Source of the DNA: Gammaproteobacteria bacterium
Lineage (GTDB): Bacteria > Pseudomonadota > Gammaproteobacteria > Acidiferrobacterales > UBA6901
Reading direction: 5' to 3'
DNA: 37,853 bases
Assembly: GCA_031416355.1 (NCBI GenBank)
Contig: JANOTM010000151.1
Coordinates: 1-37,853, forward strand
Shown here: piece by piece, positions 1-9,653 of the stretch
Layout of the letters: each line of letters opens with the position of its first letter
How positions within the stretch are numbered: the first letter of the stretch is position 1
Notes under the pieces: model-generated
Told to the model about the DNA's origin: nothing
Seen by the model: the letters and a program-made list of their open reading frames with translations, nothing else
Databases searched by the model: none
Position numbers and translations under genes: made by a program

Positions 1-11
1 GTATTAAATCA

Positions 12-881
12 ATGACCAAAATTACCAAAGCTGTATTTCCGGTTGCCGGCATGGGCACCCGCTTCCTGCCTGCGACCAAAGCCAATCCTAAAGAAATGTT
101 GCCCATCGTCGATAAACCGCTGATCCAATACGCGGTGGAAGAGGCGGTCGCCGCGGGCATCACTAGTATGATTTTTATCACTGGTAGAAATAAGAGATCG
201 ATTGCCGATCACTTCGATAAAGCCTACGAGCTCGAAACCGAGTTACAGGCACGCGGTCGTAATAAGCTTTTGGAGATACTGCACAATATACTTCCATCCA
301 ATGTTTCATGTATCTATCTACGCCAGTCCCAAGCCCTGGGTCTGGGGCATGCGGTACTATGCGCGCGCCCTGTGGTGGGTAATGATCCGTTTGCGGTGAT
401 TCTCGCCGACGATCTGATCAGCGCCGAGGTACCGGCCATGAAACAGATGACGGATATCTACGACCACTACAATAATTCCGTAATCGGCGTACAGCAGGTC
501 GCCCCGAATGAAACCTCGCGCTACGGCATCGTCAAAGTGCGTTCGTGGGAGCAGGGCATCCATAAAATAGACGGCATCATCGAAAAACCCAAACCCGAAG
601 ACGCCCCTTCCAATCTGGGCGTAGTTGGGCGTTATATCCTTACGCCACGGATTTTTGATCATCTTGAAAAAGTCCAAGCCGGTGTTGGCGGTGAAATTCA
701 GCTCACCGACGGCATCGCCAGCTTGCTCGAAAAAGAACAAGTGCTCGCCTATGAGTTTGCCGGCATACGCTATGACTGCGGCGATAAGCTTGGCTACCTT
801 CAAGCCACCGTCGAATATGCCCTGCGCCACCCGGAACTTGCGGAAAAATTCCGCACCTACCTACAACAATTGAAATACTGA
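12..881 (+). CDS. galU: UTP--glucose-1-phosphate uridylyltransferase
   Basis: Complete 289-aa ORF. The N-terminal motif [26 protein letters not shown] and the VGRYIL and EIQLTD segments are typical of GalU. Confidence 0.95.
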   Translation: MTKITKAVFPVAGMGTRFLPATKANPKEMLPIVDKPLIQYAVEEAVAAGITSMIFITGRNKRSIADHFDKAYELETELQARGRNKLLEILHNILPSNVSCIYLRQSQALGLGHAVLCARPVVGNDPFAVILADDLISAEVPAMKQMTDIYDHYNNSVIGVQQVAPNETSRYGIVKVRSWEQGIHKIDGIIEKPKPEDAPSNLGVVGRYILTPRIFDHLEKVQAGVGGEIQLTDGIASLLEKEQVLAYEFAGIRYDCGDKLGYLQATVEYALRHPELAEKFRTYLQQLKY

Positions 882-996
882 GCTAGATATTATGCGTCGA
901 AGGCTGTCAGGCAGTGCCAATAGCGCTGGCATTTACCCGTCAGGTTGTGGCACTCTGCCCATCATCTTTTTAATTAACTTGGGCGAATAGACACTA

Positions 997-1551
997 GTGC
1001 TGGAATCTGTCACTGCGCAACAGGCATGGAAAGTCATGCAACAGGCTGATTGCCTACACAACGCATCCGAGGTAGAGGCGGCCTTGGAGAAAATGGCGGG
1101 TGCCATCAGCCGCACACTGGCGGATTGCGATCCGCTATTGGTGTGCCTGATGAATGGTGCCCTTGTGCCCTTCGGCATACTTCTGCCCAAACTTCAGTTC
1201 CCCTTGCAGGTGGATTATGTCCATGCCACCCGCTATGGCGATCGTCTGCAGGGAGGGGAACTAAAGTGGATCGCCGGCCCTTTTATATCCCCCCAAAACC
1301 GCACCATCCTGCTAATCGACGACATACTTGACGAAGGTGCAACCCTGGCGGCAATCGAAGCGTATTATCGTCAGCATGGCGCGCGCGCAGTACACAAGGC
1401 GGTCATGGTTAAAAAAGAACGCCCACGTTCCCTGGATATCGACGCCGAATTCATCGGCCTCACGGTGCCAGACCGCTATGTTTTCGGATTTGGCATGGAC
1501 TACAAAGGATATTTACGCAATGCGCCCGGTATCTATGCCGTGGCCGAGTAA
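997..1551 (+). CDS. hpt: hypoxanthine-guanine phosphoribosyltransferase
   Basis: 184-aa ORF with a GTG start. It has the PRPP-binding loop ILLIDDILDEGATL and the length and layout of 6-oxopurine PRTases. Confidence 0.85.
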   Translation: MLESVTAQQAWKVMQQADCLHNASEVEAALEKMAGAISRTLADCDPLLVCLMNGALVPFGILLPKLQFPLQVDYVHATRYGDRLQGGELKWIAGPFISPQNRTILLIDDILDEGATLAAIEAYYRQHGARAVHKAVMVKKERPRSLDIDAEFIGLTVPDRYVFGFGMDYKGYLRNAPGIYAVAE

Positions 1552-1578
1552 TCAAACCAGTCACCACGAACGGATATC

Positions 1579-2331
1579 ATGACACTTATCGCAATCATAG
1601 GCGGCAGCGGTCTCACCAACCTCAAGAACCTCGAAATCACCCGGCGCGAAGTCATGCGTACGCCCTATGGCGAACCCTCGACGCCGTTGGTATATGGCCA
1701 CCTCGGCGGGCAAGATGCGGTGTTCTTGGCGCGTCACGGCCACGGCCACACTATACCGCCGCACGAGGTTAATTATTGCGCCAACATCTGGGCCCTGAAG
1801 GAGGCCGGGGCCACTCATGTGATCGCGGTCAATGCCGTGGGTGGCATCAGTGCGGCATTGCCGCCCGGCAGCCTGATTTTCCCCGACCAGATTATCGATT
1901 ACACCTACGGACGCAGCCATACTTATTTTGGCAACGAACAAAAATCCGTGACCCATATCGATTTTACTTTCCCCTATTGTGACGAGATACGCCAAGTCCT
2001 GATACGCGCGGCGCGCGCCGCAAAAATCCCGGCAGCCGAACGCGGTACCTACGCCGCCACCCAAGGACCGCGTTTCGAAAGCGTAGCCGAGGTGAAACGT
2101 CTAGAGAAGGATGGTGCGGACATCGTCGGCATGACCGGTATGCCAGAAACCAGCCTGGCACGTGAACTCGGTCTGTGCTACGCCAGCATTTCCGTTATCG
2201 CCAACCCCGCGGCCGGTAAGTCGGAGGGGGTCATACGACTCAAGGAAATTGAAGAGGTGTTGGAAATCGGCATGGGCAAGGTACGCGCCTTGTTAGAGCA
2301 GGTCATTCCCTTGCTGGCGCACGCCCGTTAG
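1579..2331 (+). CDS. mtnP: S-methyl-5'-thioadenosine/-thioinosine phosphorylase (PNP/MTAP family)
   Basis: 250-aa ORF with an IAIIGGSGL N-terminus and GPRFES and GMTGMPE motifs of the MTAP family. It lies directly after hpt. Confidence 0.85.
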   Translation: MTLIAIIGGSGLTNLKNLEITRREVMRTPYGEPSTPLVYGHLGGQDAVFLARHGHGHTIPPHEVNYCANIWALKEAGATHVIAVNAVGGISAALPPGSLIFPDQIIDYTYGRSHTYFGNEQKSVTHIDFTFPYCDEIRQVLIRAARAAKIPAAERGTYAATQGPRFESVAEVKRLEKDGADIVGMTGMPETSLARELGLCYASISVIANPAAGKSEGVIRLKEIEEVLEIGMGKVRALLEQVIPLLAHAR

Positions 2332-2693
2332 GCATCACGGACGTCGGCGCGACGCCTAGTGTAAATGCGCCATTCTGTGTTATGCGCGCTAGCGCGCACG
2401 ACTTGAAGGCTCACGCTACGCTTGCTAGGGGATTATGCTAAGTGTCACGACGATAGGTGTAGATTTTACAATCCCCTTAGCGCTCGCCGCGCACCGCAGC
2501 CCCACCGGGGAGGTGTCGCGAGCACTGTCTGAGCATTACCATCGACAGTGGCAATGCGAGTTGCGGCCGCTCTCGCGCATCCCTGCGCTCCGCGGCATTT
2601 GTACTTCCTGTACATCACAGCGCCCCGGTGGGGTGAGGAGCACAGGGGACCGGGCGTGTTTTGCCCGGCGAGCGATAGGGTGTGTTTTCTTTT

Positions 2694-2729
2694 GGGTACT
2701 TTTCTTTGCACAAGCAAAGAAAAGTACCC
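2694..2729. repeat. perfect 16-bp inverted repeat (gggtacttttctttgc-ACAA-gcaaagaaaagtaccc)
   Basis: Read directly from the sequence: arms 2694-2709 and 2714-2729 with a 4-nt loop. It lies in the 467-bp convergent spacer between mtnP and the csiV-like gene. No U-tract follows on either strand. Confidence 0.8.
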
Positions 2730-2770
2730 CAGGGTGCAGGGGCGGAGCGCCCGCAATTAGTTTTTAAAGC

Positions 2771-2786
2771 CCGCGCGGTAGCGCGG
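2771..2786 (-). terminator. possible weak intrinsic terminator of the csiV-like gene
   Basis: 6-bp GC stem ccgcgc/gcgcgg with loop ggta, located 13 nt past the stop at 2799. On the minus strand it is followed by GCTTTAAAAA, so the T-tract is short. Confidence 0.3.
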
Positions 2787-2798
2787 CACGACAACATG

Positions 2799-3398
2799 CT
2801 ATCTAGCACCTTTTACCGGCGTCAGCCGCAGCAGCGCACCGAACTTGGGATGGTCGATATAGTGGGTTTCTTGTCCCTTGATGCGGCGTTGCTCATTGAT
2901 ACGGTAAGCAATTTTCCCCGGGTTCGCAGCAGTCACTCCCATGAATCCGCCCTCGCGCATCTCCTCTTGATACACCAGGTTGATATCCATGTGTAAATAG
3001 CGACTTAAGTAAATACGTAAAGTGCCGTCTAGTTCCTCCGGGCTTTTGGGATTGGCGGCGCGGATGCGCACCGGCAGACTTGCCGACTTGGCCTCCATGG
3101 TTTGGATCCAGCGCTGATGCGCCAGGACACGGAAACGCCCATCCTTTTCCAGGTCGGCGGCCGCGGCTGCGAAAATACCAGCGGAAGTATTCATGTTCGC
3201 CGGTTGTGCGGCATTGACCTGCGGTACGGCGATCTGTTTGGGGTCGAATGTCCACAGCTCATCGCCCTCGAGCTGCGGTAGTTTCGTGGTAAACACCAGG
3301 ATTTCCACGGTGTAGGTACTCGTCTTGTCCGTCACGGCTGCGGCCAGCGCCCAACCGGGCATAACTGCTGCGATGATCAATAGCAGGGCAGGGGGCAT
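2799..3398 (-). CDS. CsiV-like (DUF2803) periplasmic peptidoglycan-binding protein
   Basis: The ORF runs to 3455, but the signal peptide starts at the internal MPPALLLIIAAVMPGWALA, giving a start near 3398. YTVEILVF near the N-terminus and HYIDHPKFGALLRLTP at the C-terminus match the CsiV family pattern as I recall it. Confidence 0.6.
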   Translation of the reverse strand: MPPALLLIIAAVMPGWALAAAVTDKTSTYTVEILVFTTKLPQLEGDELWTFDPKQIAVPQVNAAQPANMNTSAGIFAAAAADLEKDGRFRVLAHQRWIQTMEAKSASLPVRIRAANPKSPEELDGTLRIYLSRYLHMDINLVYQEEMREGGFMGVTAANPGKIAYRINEQRRIKGQETHYIDHPKFGALLRLTPVKGAR

Positions 3399-3478
3399 GT
3401 GTCGCACAGTATTTTCCTCGGTATACAAAGATGCGATAGTATGTCGCAGATGCAATCAGAATTCGAGTAGGGCCTAGC

Positions 3479-3997
3479 ATGACCATACGGCGCGTTTTAA
3501 AAATGGGCGATCCGGCATTATACCGCGTGGCCGAACCGGTGGTTGAGTTTAATACACCTGAGTTCGATGCCCTCATCGCCGACATGACGGACACCATGGC
3601 GGCCCTGAATGGCGCCGGGATCGCCGCGCCCCAGATCGGCGTGCTGCGCCGGGTGGTGATTTTCGGCATAGAGTCCAATCCGCGCTATCCCGATGCCGAG
3701 CCAGTGCCGACCACGGTACTGGTCAACCCGGTCATCGAGATACTGACCGCTGAAATGGACGATGCCTGGGAGGGCTGCTTGAGCGTGCCGGGGATGCGCG
3801 GCGTGGTTAGCCGCCCTACCCACGTACGCTACCGCGGATACGACCGGCATGGTGTTCCCATGGAACGCGAGGCACACGGTTTCCACGCGCGCGTGGTACA
3901 GCACGAATGCGATCACCTGGATGGCGTGCTCTATCCCATGCGCTTGAAGGATACGCGCTTATTCGGCTATGAGGACACCTTGTTCCCGGATCGTTAA
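3479..3997 (+). CDS. def: peptide deformylase
   Basis: 172 aa with the three PDF motifs [16 protein letters not shown] and HECDHLDG. Confidence 0.95.
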   Translation: MTIRRVLKMGDPALYRVAEPVVEFNTPEFDALIADMTDTMAALNGAGIAAPQIGVLRRVVIFGIESNPRYPDAEPVPTTVLVNPVIEILTAEMDDAWEGCLSVPGMRGVVSRPTHVRYRGYDRHGVPMEREAHGFHARVVQHECDHLDGVLYPMRLKDTRLFGYEDTLFPDR

Positions 3998-4013
3998 TCC
4001 CGCCTGCGTCCGT

Positions 4014-4502
4014 TTATGGTTGTTGCGCGGTAACCCTGCCTACTGGCAACCAAGGTGTGGGCTGCGACTGGGTACCATCATCGAAGTGGGTAACCACCCT
4101 GACCGCAAGCAGACCCTCGATAGTAGACAGCTGGGTCGTGCGTGCCACCAAACCCGCCGCTTTAGGGTTGTCGCCCTTGGCGACTTCGATCACTAATTGC
4201 GGTTCCCCTTGCATACCCGTTTTACGACTTACCCCTTCCGATGTTTTGTAGCGTATCTCGTAGTGACGCACATGCGCGAGCGGCGCCCACGTCACTACCC
4301 AATCCGAGCGCCAGCGCAGATATTCTTCGCCCCCGGGTCGGCGGTAGGTCTGCACATGGTCGCGTAAACTTGCCGCAAGCCGCACTGCCGCCGGTGCTTC
4401 CGCCGCCACTGCGGTGTTACATAGGCAAGAGGCAAAAAACAGGGCCGCGAAAATCGCGGCCCTGGGAAACCCGCGCTCAGGTATCAGCAGCCGGGATTCC
4501 AT
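4014..4502 (-). CDS. hypothetical exported protein
   Basis: 162-aa ORF with signal peptide AAIFAALFFASCLCNTAVAAEA. It overlaps the upstream hexapeptide-repeat gene by 19 nt. I recognised no family. Confidence 0.55.
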   Translation of the reverse strand: MESRLLIPERGFPRAAIFAALFFASCLCNTAVAAEAPAAVRLAASLRDHVQTYRRPGGEEYLRWRSDWVVTWAPLAHVRHYEIRYKTSEGVSRKTGMQGEPQLVIEVAKGDNPKAAGLVARTTQLSTIEGLLAVRVVTHFDDGTQSQPTPWLPVGRVTAQQP

Positions 4503-5761
4503 TCCACGGAATAACGCTGCGGGTTGGCGTGGCCTGCATTGATGATGATGGTGCGGGCAGGGATAACCGTGTCATTGGCCAGGGTAGCGCCATCCACTAA
4601 ACTACCGCAGCCGATCTTGACGCCATGGCCCAAGGTCGAGCGAAACACCACCGCATAGTTGCCAATCTTGCTATGGTCGCCGACGGTGGTCTCCGAGTGC
4701 GGGTTATTCGCCGTGGCGGCCGAGGCGCCGCCATGAACGATGGAACGCATGCCATAGGTAATATCGTCGTGCAACTGTATGCCGGTATGTTCCAGGGCGT
4801 GGAAGGTGGTGCGGTCGCTCATGCGCTCGATTTCACCCACATGAAAGGGCTCACCCTCGTCCGCGCGCAGCGATATGCGCGAGCCAACTAGGTCGGTATT
4901 ATTCAAATTGCTTTTGCTGTCACTCATGACCACATTGCCGATGATACGATTGCGATAATTGGGATCGCGTGTGCCGACACCGGCTAAGGTCGGCAGATCG
5001 CGCGTAGGATTAAAGCTTGGCAGCGCGCCGCCGTCGCTCGGATCATAGTTAATGCCCTTGACGTTACTCGGATTGTTGTAATAAAGATTAGTATATTCAC
5101 GCGCGAAGGTTTCATTGACATGCAGTACGCCGTCCATGAATATCCGCAGGCCGTCGGTGATGGGTATGACTTTGCCCAGGGCCGGGTCATCCGCCTGGGC
5201 CTGGGTGGTAACGTTCTTGCCCGACAGCACCACCCGGCCTGCACGCACGGTAATGCCCGGAGCAACGCGCGCCAAGTGCAATACCATAGCGTCGGACTCG
5301 ACGTTGCCACGATCCACCAGACTGTTAAAGCCGATGAAGGCGGCGTTGTGTGCCCCCGCCACTGCATCGTGTCCGATCATGGCAGGTCCGTTGACGCGCG
5401 CGCCATGGGCCAATATCACTTCATCGCCCAGGGCAATGCCGGAACCATTCAATACGACGTTGTCCTGCAAGTTGGTCTTTTCGCCTATGGTCACAGCAGC
5501 CGTCGTTCCCATCATTCCCTTGCCGGGGTTAATCTCGACGAATGGGGCGATGTAGATATGCTTACCCAAACGCACATTGCTGGCATTGAGTATGGTGGCG
5601 GTGGGATCGATAAAGGTAGCGTCTTGCGCGATGGCCCCCGCGGGGCACACGGGGCGGTTGGTGCTATTGGGCGCACAGCCACCGGCCACCGCGTTGCTCA
5701 TGTACAAGAAGGTTAATATCCCTGTTGTTGCCGATGCTTTCCATAACTTTCCTTTATGCAT
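4484..5761 (-). CDS. exported protein with two left-handed beta-helix (hexapeptide-repeat) domains
   Basis: 425 aa with an N-terminal signal peptide (ILTFLYMSNAVAGG). There are two blocks of imperfect [LIV]-G-x4 hexapeptide periodicity at about aa 60-190 and aa 330-410. Cys residues sit near both termini. Confidence 0.6.
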   Translation of the reverse strand: MHKGKLWKASATTGILTFLYMSNAVAGGCAPNSTNRPVCPAGAIAQDATFIDPTATILNASNVRLGKHIYIAPFVEINPGKGMMGTTAAVTIGEKTNLQDNVVLNGSGIALGDEVILAHGARVNGPAMIGHDAVAGAHNAAFIGFNSLVDRGNVESDAMVLHLARVAPGITVRAGRVVLSGKNVTTQAQADDPALGKVIPITDGLRIFMDGVLHVNETFAREYTNLYYNNPSNVKGINYDPSDGGALPSFNPTRDLPTLAGVGTRDPNYRNRIIGNVVMSDSKSNLNNTDLVGSRISLRADEGEPFHVGEIERMSDRTTFHALEHTGIQLHDDITYGMRSIVHGGASAATANNPHSETTVGDHSKIGNYAVVFRSTLGHGVKIGCGSLVDGATLANDTVIPARTIIINAGHANPQRYSVEWNPGC

Positions 5762-5874
5762 AAAATTCTCCCTAGCGATAGACTATTAGTGAAGGAACTG
5801 CGGGTCCATTGTGTGGGTAATTGTGCGCCGCTTGAATAAGCCCCACACGCCGTTTGTCGGAAGTCACCCGCGCC

Positions 5875-8800
5875 TTATTCTTCCGGCGGACCCAGGGCCT
5901 CCACCAGTGTGCGCACGGCATTGAGGCGACTGGCGGCATCGGGCATATCTCCCAGTATGCGCAGCCGGTTGGGACCGTCCAGCTTATAGAGGCGCGGCGC
6001 CGACTGTAACAGCCGGATAATAGCGGCCGGATCGACCTTGGGATTTTTTTCGAATTCCACGCGCGCGCCCTTAGGCCCGGCCTCGATCTTGCTAATGCCC
6101 AGGGGGCTCGCTAGAAGTTTAAGCCCGGTAATCTGAAATAGCACTTTGCCTGCTTCCGGTAGCAGGCCGAAGCGATCGATGATCTCGGCCTGCAAATCAT
6201 CTAATTCCTCGCGCTGCATAACACTGGCGATGCGTTTGTACAAAATGAGACGCATGTGCGCATCCGGCAAGTAAGCCTCGTTTAGCAACGCCGGCACATG
6301 CAGGTCGATGTGGGCGCCGCGGTTCACCGGTGTATCCAGATCCACGCCCGTTCCCGCCTTAAGCGACGCCACGGCGCGATTCAGTAATTCCATGTACAGC
6401 GTAAACCCCACCTCGTCGATTTGTCCGCTTTGCGATTCGCCCAAGAGTTCGCCGGCACCGCGTATCTCCAGATCGTGGGAGGCGAGGGCGAAGCCCGCGC
6501 CCAGGTCTTCGATGGAAGCGATGGCATCCAGGCGTTTGAGGGCATCGCCAGTTAGGGCACTGCGTTGCGGGATCAGTAGGTAGGCATAGGCGCGATGATG
6601 CGAGCGTCCGACGCGGCCGCGCAGTTGGTGCAGTTGCGCCAGGCCGAATTTGTCGGCACGCTGAATGATAATCGTATTGGCAGTGGGTATGTCGATACCG
6701 GACTCGATAATGGTGCTGCACAGCAGTACGTTGAAGCGCTGGTGATAAAATTCCAGCATCACCTGTTCCAGTTCGCGTTCCGGCATCTGCCCGTGGGCCA
6801 CGCGGATATCCGCTTCCGGCACCAGCGCCTGCAGTTGGCGCAGAGCTCGGTCCATGGTCTTGACCTCGTTGTGCAGAAAATATATCTGGCCGCCGCGGTG
6901 TATTTCGCGCAGGAACGCCTCGCGCAACAGGGCATCGTTCCACTCGCATACAAAGGTCTTGACCGACAGGCGTGCCTCGGGCGCGGTGGTAATCATGGAG
7001 ATGTCACGCAGTCCGGACAAGGACATATTTAGCGTGCGCGGCACCGGTGTAGCGGTCAGGGTCAGAATGTCCACGGCACTGCGTAGTTTTTTGAGTTGTT
7101 CCTTCTGGCGCACGCCGAAGCGATGCTCTTCATCGATAATCACCAGCCCTAGGTTTTTGAATCGCACGTCGCTTTGCAGCAAGCGGTGGGTGCCGATAAC
7201 GATATCCACGCCGCCATCCGCCAGGTGTTGTAATGTCTGCGCCTGCTCGGCCTTGGTGCGGAAGCGCGATAACAATTCAATTCTCACTGGCAGGTCCGCT
7301 GCTTCCGCCAGCCCGCCTCCGGCGGTAGGCGTACGCCCTCGAACGTCGGCGAAGCGATCGCAGAAATTTTGAAAGTGCTGTTGCGCGAGCAAGGTGGTGG
7401 GCACCAGGACCGCCACTTGCCGCCGGCCCTGCACCGCCAGGAATGCCGCGCGCAAGGCCACCTCGGTCTTGCCGAAGCCCACGTCACCGCATACCAGGCG
7501 ATCCATGGGGCGTGCGGCCTCCATATCGCGCAGGGTGTCTTCGATGGTGCGCGCTTGATCCGGAGTCTCTTCGAACGGGAAGGCGGCGGCGAATGCGGCG
7601 TAGTACTCGTCGCGTCCGGGAAACGCATACCCCGAGCGACTGAGCCGTAGGGCCTGTACCTCCAGCAGCTCCACCGCCGCGTCATGTGCCTTTTCCTGGG
7701 CCCGGCGCAGCGCCTTGTCCCAGGCCTCGCCGCCGAGCTTGTGCCAGGGCGCCTGGTCCGGATGCGTGCCGGTATAGCGGCCGATACGCGCCAGGTCAGT
7801 TACTGGGGTGTAGAGCTTGTCGCCGCCGGCGTATTCCAGTGTGAGGAACTCCATGGGGCCGTCGCCCACGTCCAAGGTCTGTAGACCCCGGTAGCGGCCG
7901 ACGCCATGGTCCTCATGTACCACCGGGTCGTCCAGACGCAGTTCGGCCAAGTGCCGGATAACCGTTTCCGGATCGCGGTTGCTCAAGGTTCGGCGACGGC
8001 GTTGGGCGGCACGCTCGCCGTAGAGTTGCGGTTCGGTGATGACGGCTAGGGCCGGGGCCCGCAACAGCAAGCCCTTTTCCAGTGCCGCCACGGTCAGGCC
8101 CAGGGGGTCGGTGGCGGCGAGGAACGCCTGCCAATCGTGATAAGGCGTAGGAAAGAAATCGTGATCCTGTAATAAACCACGCAGGACTTCCCTGCGCCCC
8201 GGGGTCTCCGCCACCACCAGCACCCGGCCTGGGTAGGCGCGCAGCCACGCGAACAAGGCCGCATGCGGGATATCGGCTTTGTGGTCTATGGGGAGGCTGG
8301 GCGGGGCATCGGTGGCAAATACTACCGATCCAGGGGCGTCCGGCTGTGTATCGACGACGTCCGCTTGATACGGTTGCAAGATCACCCTGGCCAGGGGCTT
8401 GAGGGTGGCGGCCAGTTCATCCGCCGCCAGGAACAGCCGCTCTGGGGGCAGCACCGGGCGCTCCCGGTCGTGCTGCAGCAGGCGGTAGCGCTCGTGGGCT
8501 TCGTGCTGGAAGGCGGCAGCGGCTTCCATGACCCCGGCCTCATACATGCACAAGGGCGCGGCACCAAAATAGTCGAAGAGCGTGGCGGTATGGGCATAAA
8601 ACAGCGGCAAGTAATATTCGATACCGCCGGGGCTCACTCCCTTGCTGACGTCGCGGTAGATGCTCGTCTTTTGGGGATCGCCTTCAAAAGCCGCGCGGAA
8701 CGCCTGACGGAAGCGCTGGATGGCATCTTCCGTCATGGGATATTCGCGCGCCGGCAGCAGATGTACCGCCGCGAGTTTGGCGCCGGAGCGCTGGGTTTCC

Positions 8801-9402
8801 GGGTCGAACTCGCGGATGGAGTCGATATGGTCGCCGAACAAATCGATGCGGAACGGCCGTTCGCTGCCCATGGGAAAAATATCCAAAAGACCGCCACGCA
8901 CCGCATATTCGCCTGGGGCCATCACCTGGGTCACTGATTGATAGGCGGCCTGGGCCAATTGGTGGCGGAACACGCCCAAGTCCAGTCGGTCACCCACGTC
9001 CAGCATCAGGCTGTGGGCGAGAAGGTAGTCCAGAGGCGGCAAACGCTGCATCAGGGTGGTGGCGGACACCAGTAGTATCCCCTGCGTCAACCCACTCAAG
9101 CGCGACAGGGTGCGTAGGCGGCGGGAGAGTATGTCTTGATGCGGAGAGAAGGTGTCATAGGGCAGGCTCTCCCAGTCTGGAAATGGCAACAACGGCAGGT
9201 CCGCATCCCACGGGGCATAAAAACGCAGCTCGTCCTCCAACTGCTGGGCAGAGCGGTTGTCCCGGGTAATTACCAGGACCGGCCCCGCATGGGCGCGTGC
9301 CGCCTGTATGAGGCTCAAACCCCGGCTACTGCCAAACAGGTGTTGCCACACCACAGTGCGCCCTGGGGTCTGGGGTAGGACCGGATGCAGGGGACTGATC
9401 AT
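5875..9402 (-). CDS. mfd: transcription-repair coupling factor
   Basis: The ORF is open to 9492 (TTG). Colinearity with E. coli Mfd favours the ATG at 9402 (MISPLHPVLPQ...), and 9447 is an alternative. It has a CarD-like domain (VVHEDHGVGRY), helicase motifs GDVGFGKTE and DEEHRFG, and a TRCF C-terminal domain. Confidence 0.93.
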   Translation of the reverse strand: MISPLHPVLPQTPGRTVVWQHLFGSSRGLSLIQAARAHAGPVLVITRDNRSAQQLEDELRFYAPWDADLPLLPFPDWESLPYDTFSPHQDILSRRLRTLSRLSGLTQGILLVSATTLMQRLPPLDYLLAHSLMLDVGDRLDLGVFRHQLAQAAYQSVTQVMAPGEYAVRGGLLDIFPMGSERPFRIDLFGDHIDSIREFDPETQRSGAKLAAVHLLPAREYPMTEDAIQRFRQAFRAAFEGDPQKTSIYRDVSKGVSPGGIEYYLPLFYAHTATLFDYFGAAPLCMYEAGVMEAAAAFQHEAHERYRLLQHDRERPVLPPERLFLAADELAATLKPLARVILQPYQADVVDTQPDAPGSVVFATDAPPSLPIDHKADIPHAALFAWLRAYPGRVLVVAETPGRREVLRGLLQDHDFFPTPYHDWQAFLAATDPLGLTVAALEKGLLLRAPALAVITEPQLYGERAAQRRRRTLSNRDPETVIRHLAELRLDDPVVHEDHGVGRYRGLQTLDVGDGPMEFLTLEYAGGDKLYTPVTDLARIGRYTGTHPDQAPWHKLGGEAWDKALRRAQEKAHDAAVELLEVQALRLSRSGYAFPGRDEYYAAFAAAFPFEETPDQARTIEDTLRDMEAARPMDRLVCGDVGFGKTEVALRAAFLAVQGRRQVAVLVPTTLLAQQHFQNFCDRFADVRGRTPTAGGGLAEAADLPVRIELLSRFRTKAEQAQTLQHLADGGVDIVIGTHRLLQSDVRFKNLGLVIIDEEHRFGVRQKEQLKKLRSAVDILTLTATPVPRTLNMSLSGLRDISMITTAPEARLSVKTFVCEWNDALLREAFLREIHRGGQIYFLHNEVKTMDRALRQLQALVPEADIRVAHGQMPERELEQVMLEFYHQRFNVLLCSTIIESGIDIPTANTIIIQRADKFGLAQLHQLRGRVGRSHHRAYAYLLIPQRSALTGDALKRLDAIASIEDLGAGFALASHDLEIRGAGELLGESQSGQIDEVGFTLYMELLNRAVASLKAGTGVDLDTPVNRGAHIDLHVPALLNEAYLPDAHMRLILYKRIASVMQREELDDLQAEIIDRFGLLPEAGKVLFQITGLKLLASPLGISKIEAGPKGARVEFEKNPKVDPAAIIRLLQSAPRLYKLDGPNRLRILGDMPDAASRLNAVRTLVEALGPPEE

Positions 9403-9584
9403 GGTGGGTTCGCTAGCCAAGTGGCCGGGAATATTTTGTAAAGTCATGGGCGCGTGGGAGGCTACGATTCTTAGGGCTAGGCGAGTGTGCAACTATATAA
9501 ATAAAATAGGTGCCCATTGTAGCCCAACCGAGGTCGTAAAGGGTGCGCACATAGATGACACAATCAAATACTTACGTCGTCAAG

Positions 9585-9613
9585 TTGACAAACATTAAAT
9601 AATACTGTTCAAT
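9585..9613 (+). promoter_or_regulatory. candidate sigma70 promoter for carD (TTGACA-17 nt-TTCAAT)
   Basis: Perfect -35 hexamer at 9585-9590 and a 4/6 -10 hexamer at 9608-9613. It lies in the AT-rich divergent mfd/carD spacer, about 40 nt upstream of the carD ATG. Confidence 0.3.
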
Positions 9614-9653
9614 AGCTTATGTTAACTTATTAAATAAAAAAGACAGGTGCAAT

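Noticed and set aside
2694-2729. The 16-bp perfect hairpin as an intrinsic terminator for mtnP or the csiV-like gene.
   Set aside because: No U-tract follows the stem on either strand. The T-rich run precedes it on the plus strand, and it is more than 360 nt from the mtnP stop.
2435-2996. ORFs of 64-110 aa on both strands inside the mtnP/csiV spacer (2435-2767, 2466-2756, 2548-2760, 2615-2809, 2682-2996).
   Set aside because: They run through the nested inverted repeats and mutually overlap. Their sequences (for example FFWVLFFAQAKKSTPGCRGGAPA) are typical of translated repeat elements rather than proteins.
4484-5761. Calling the exported hexapeptide-repeat protein a gamma-class carbonic anhydrase.
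   Set aside because: I could not place the three zinc-ligand histidines with confidence, and the protein has two LbH blocks with a long insert, unlike Cam/CamH. The evidence is insufficient without an alignment.
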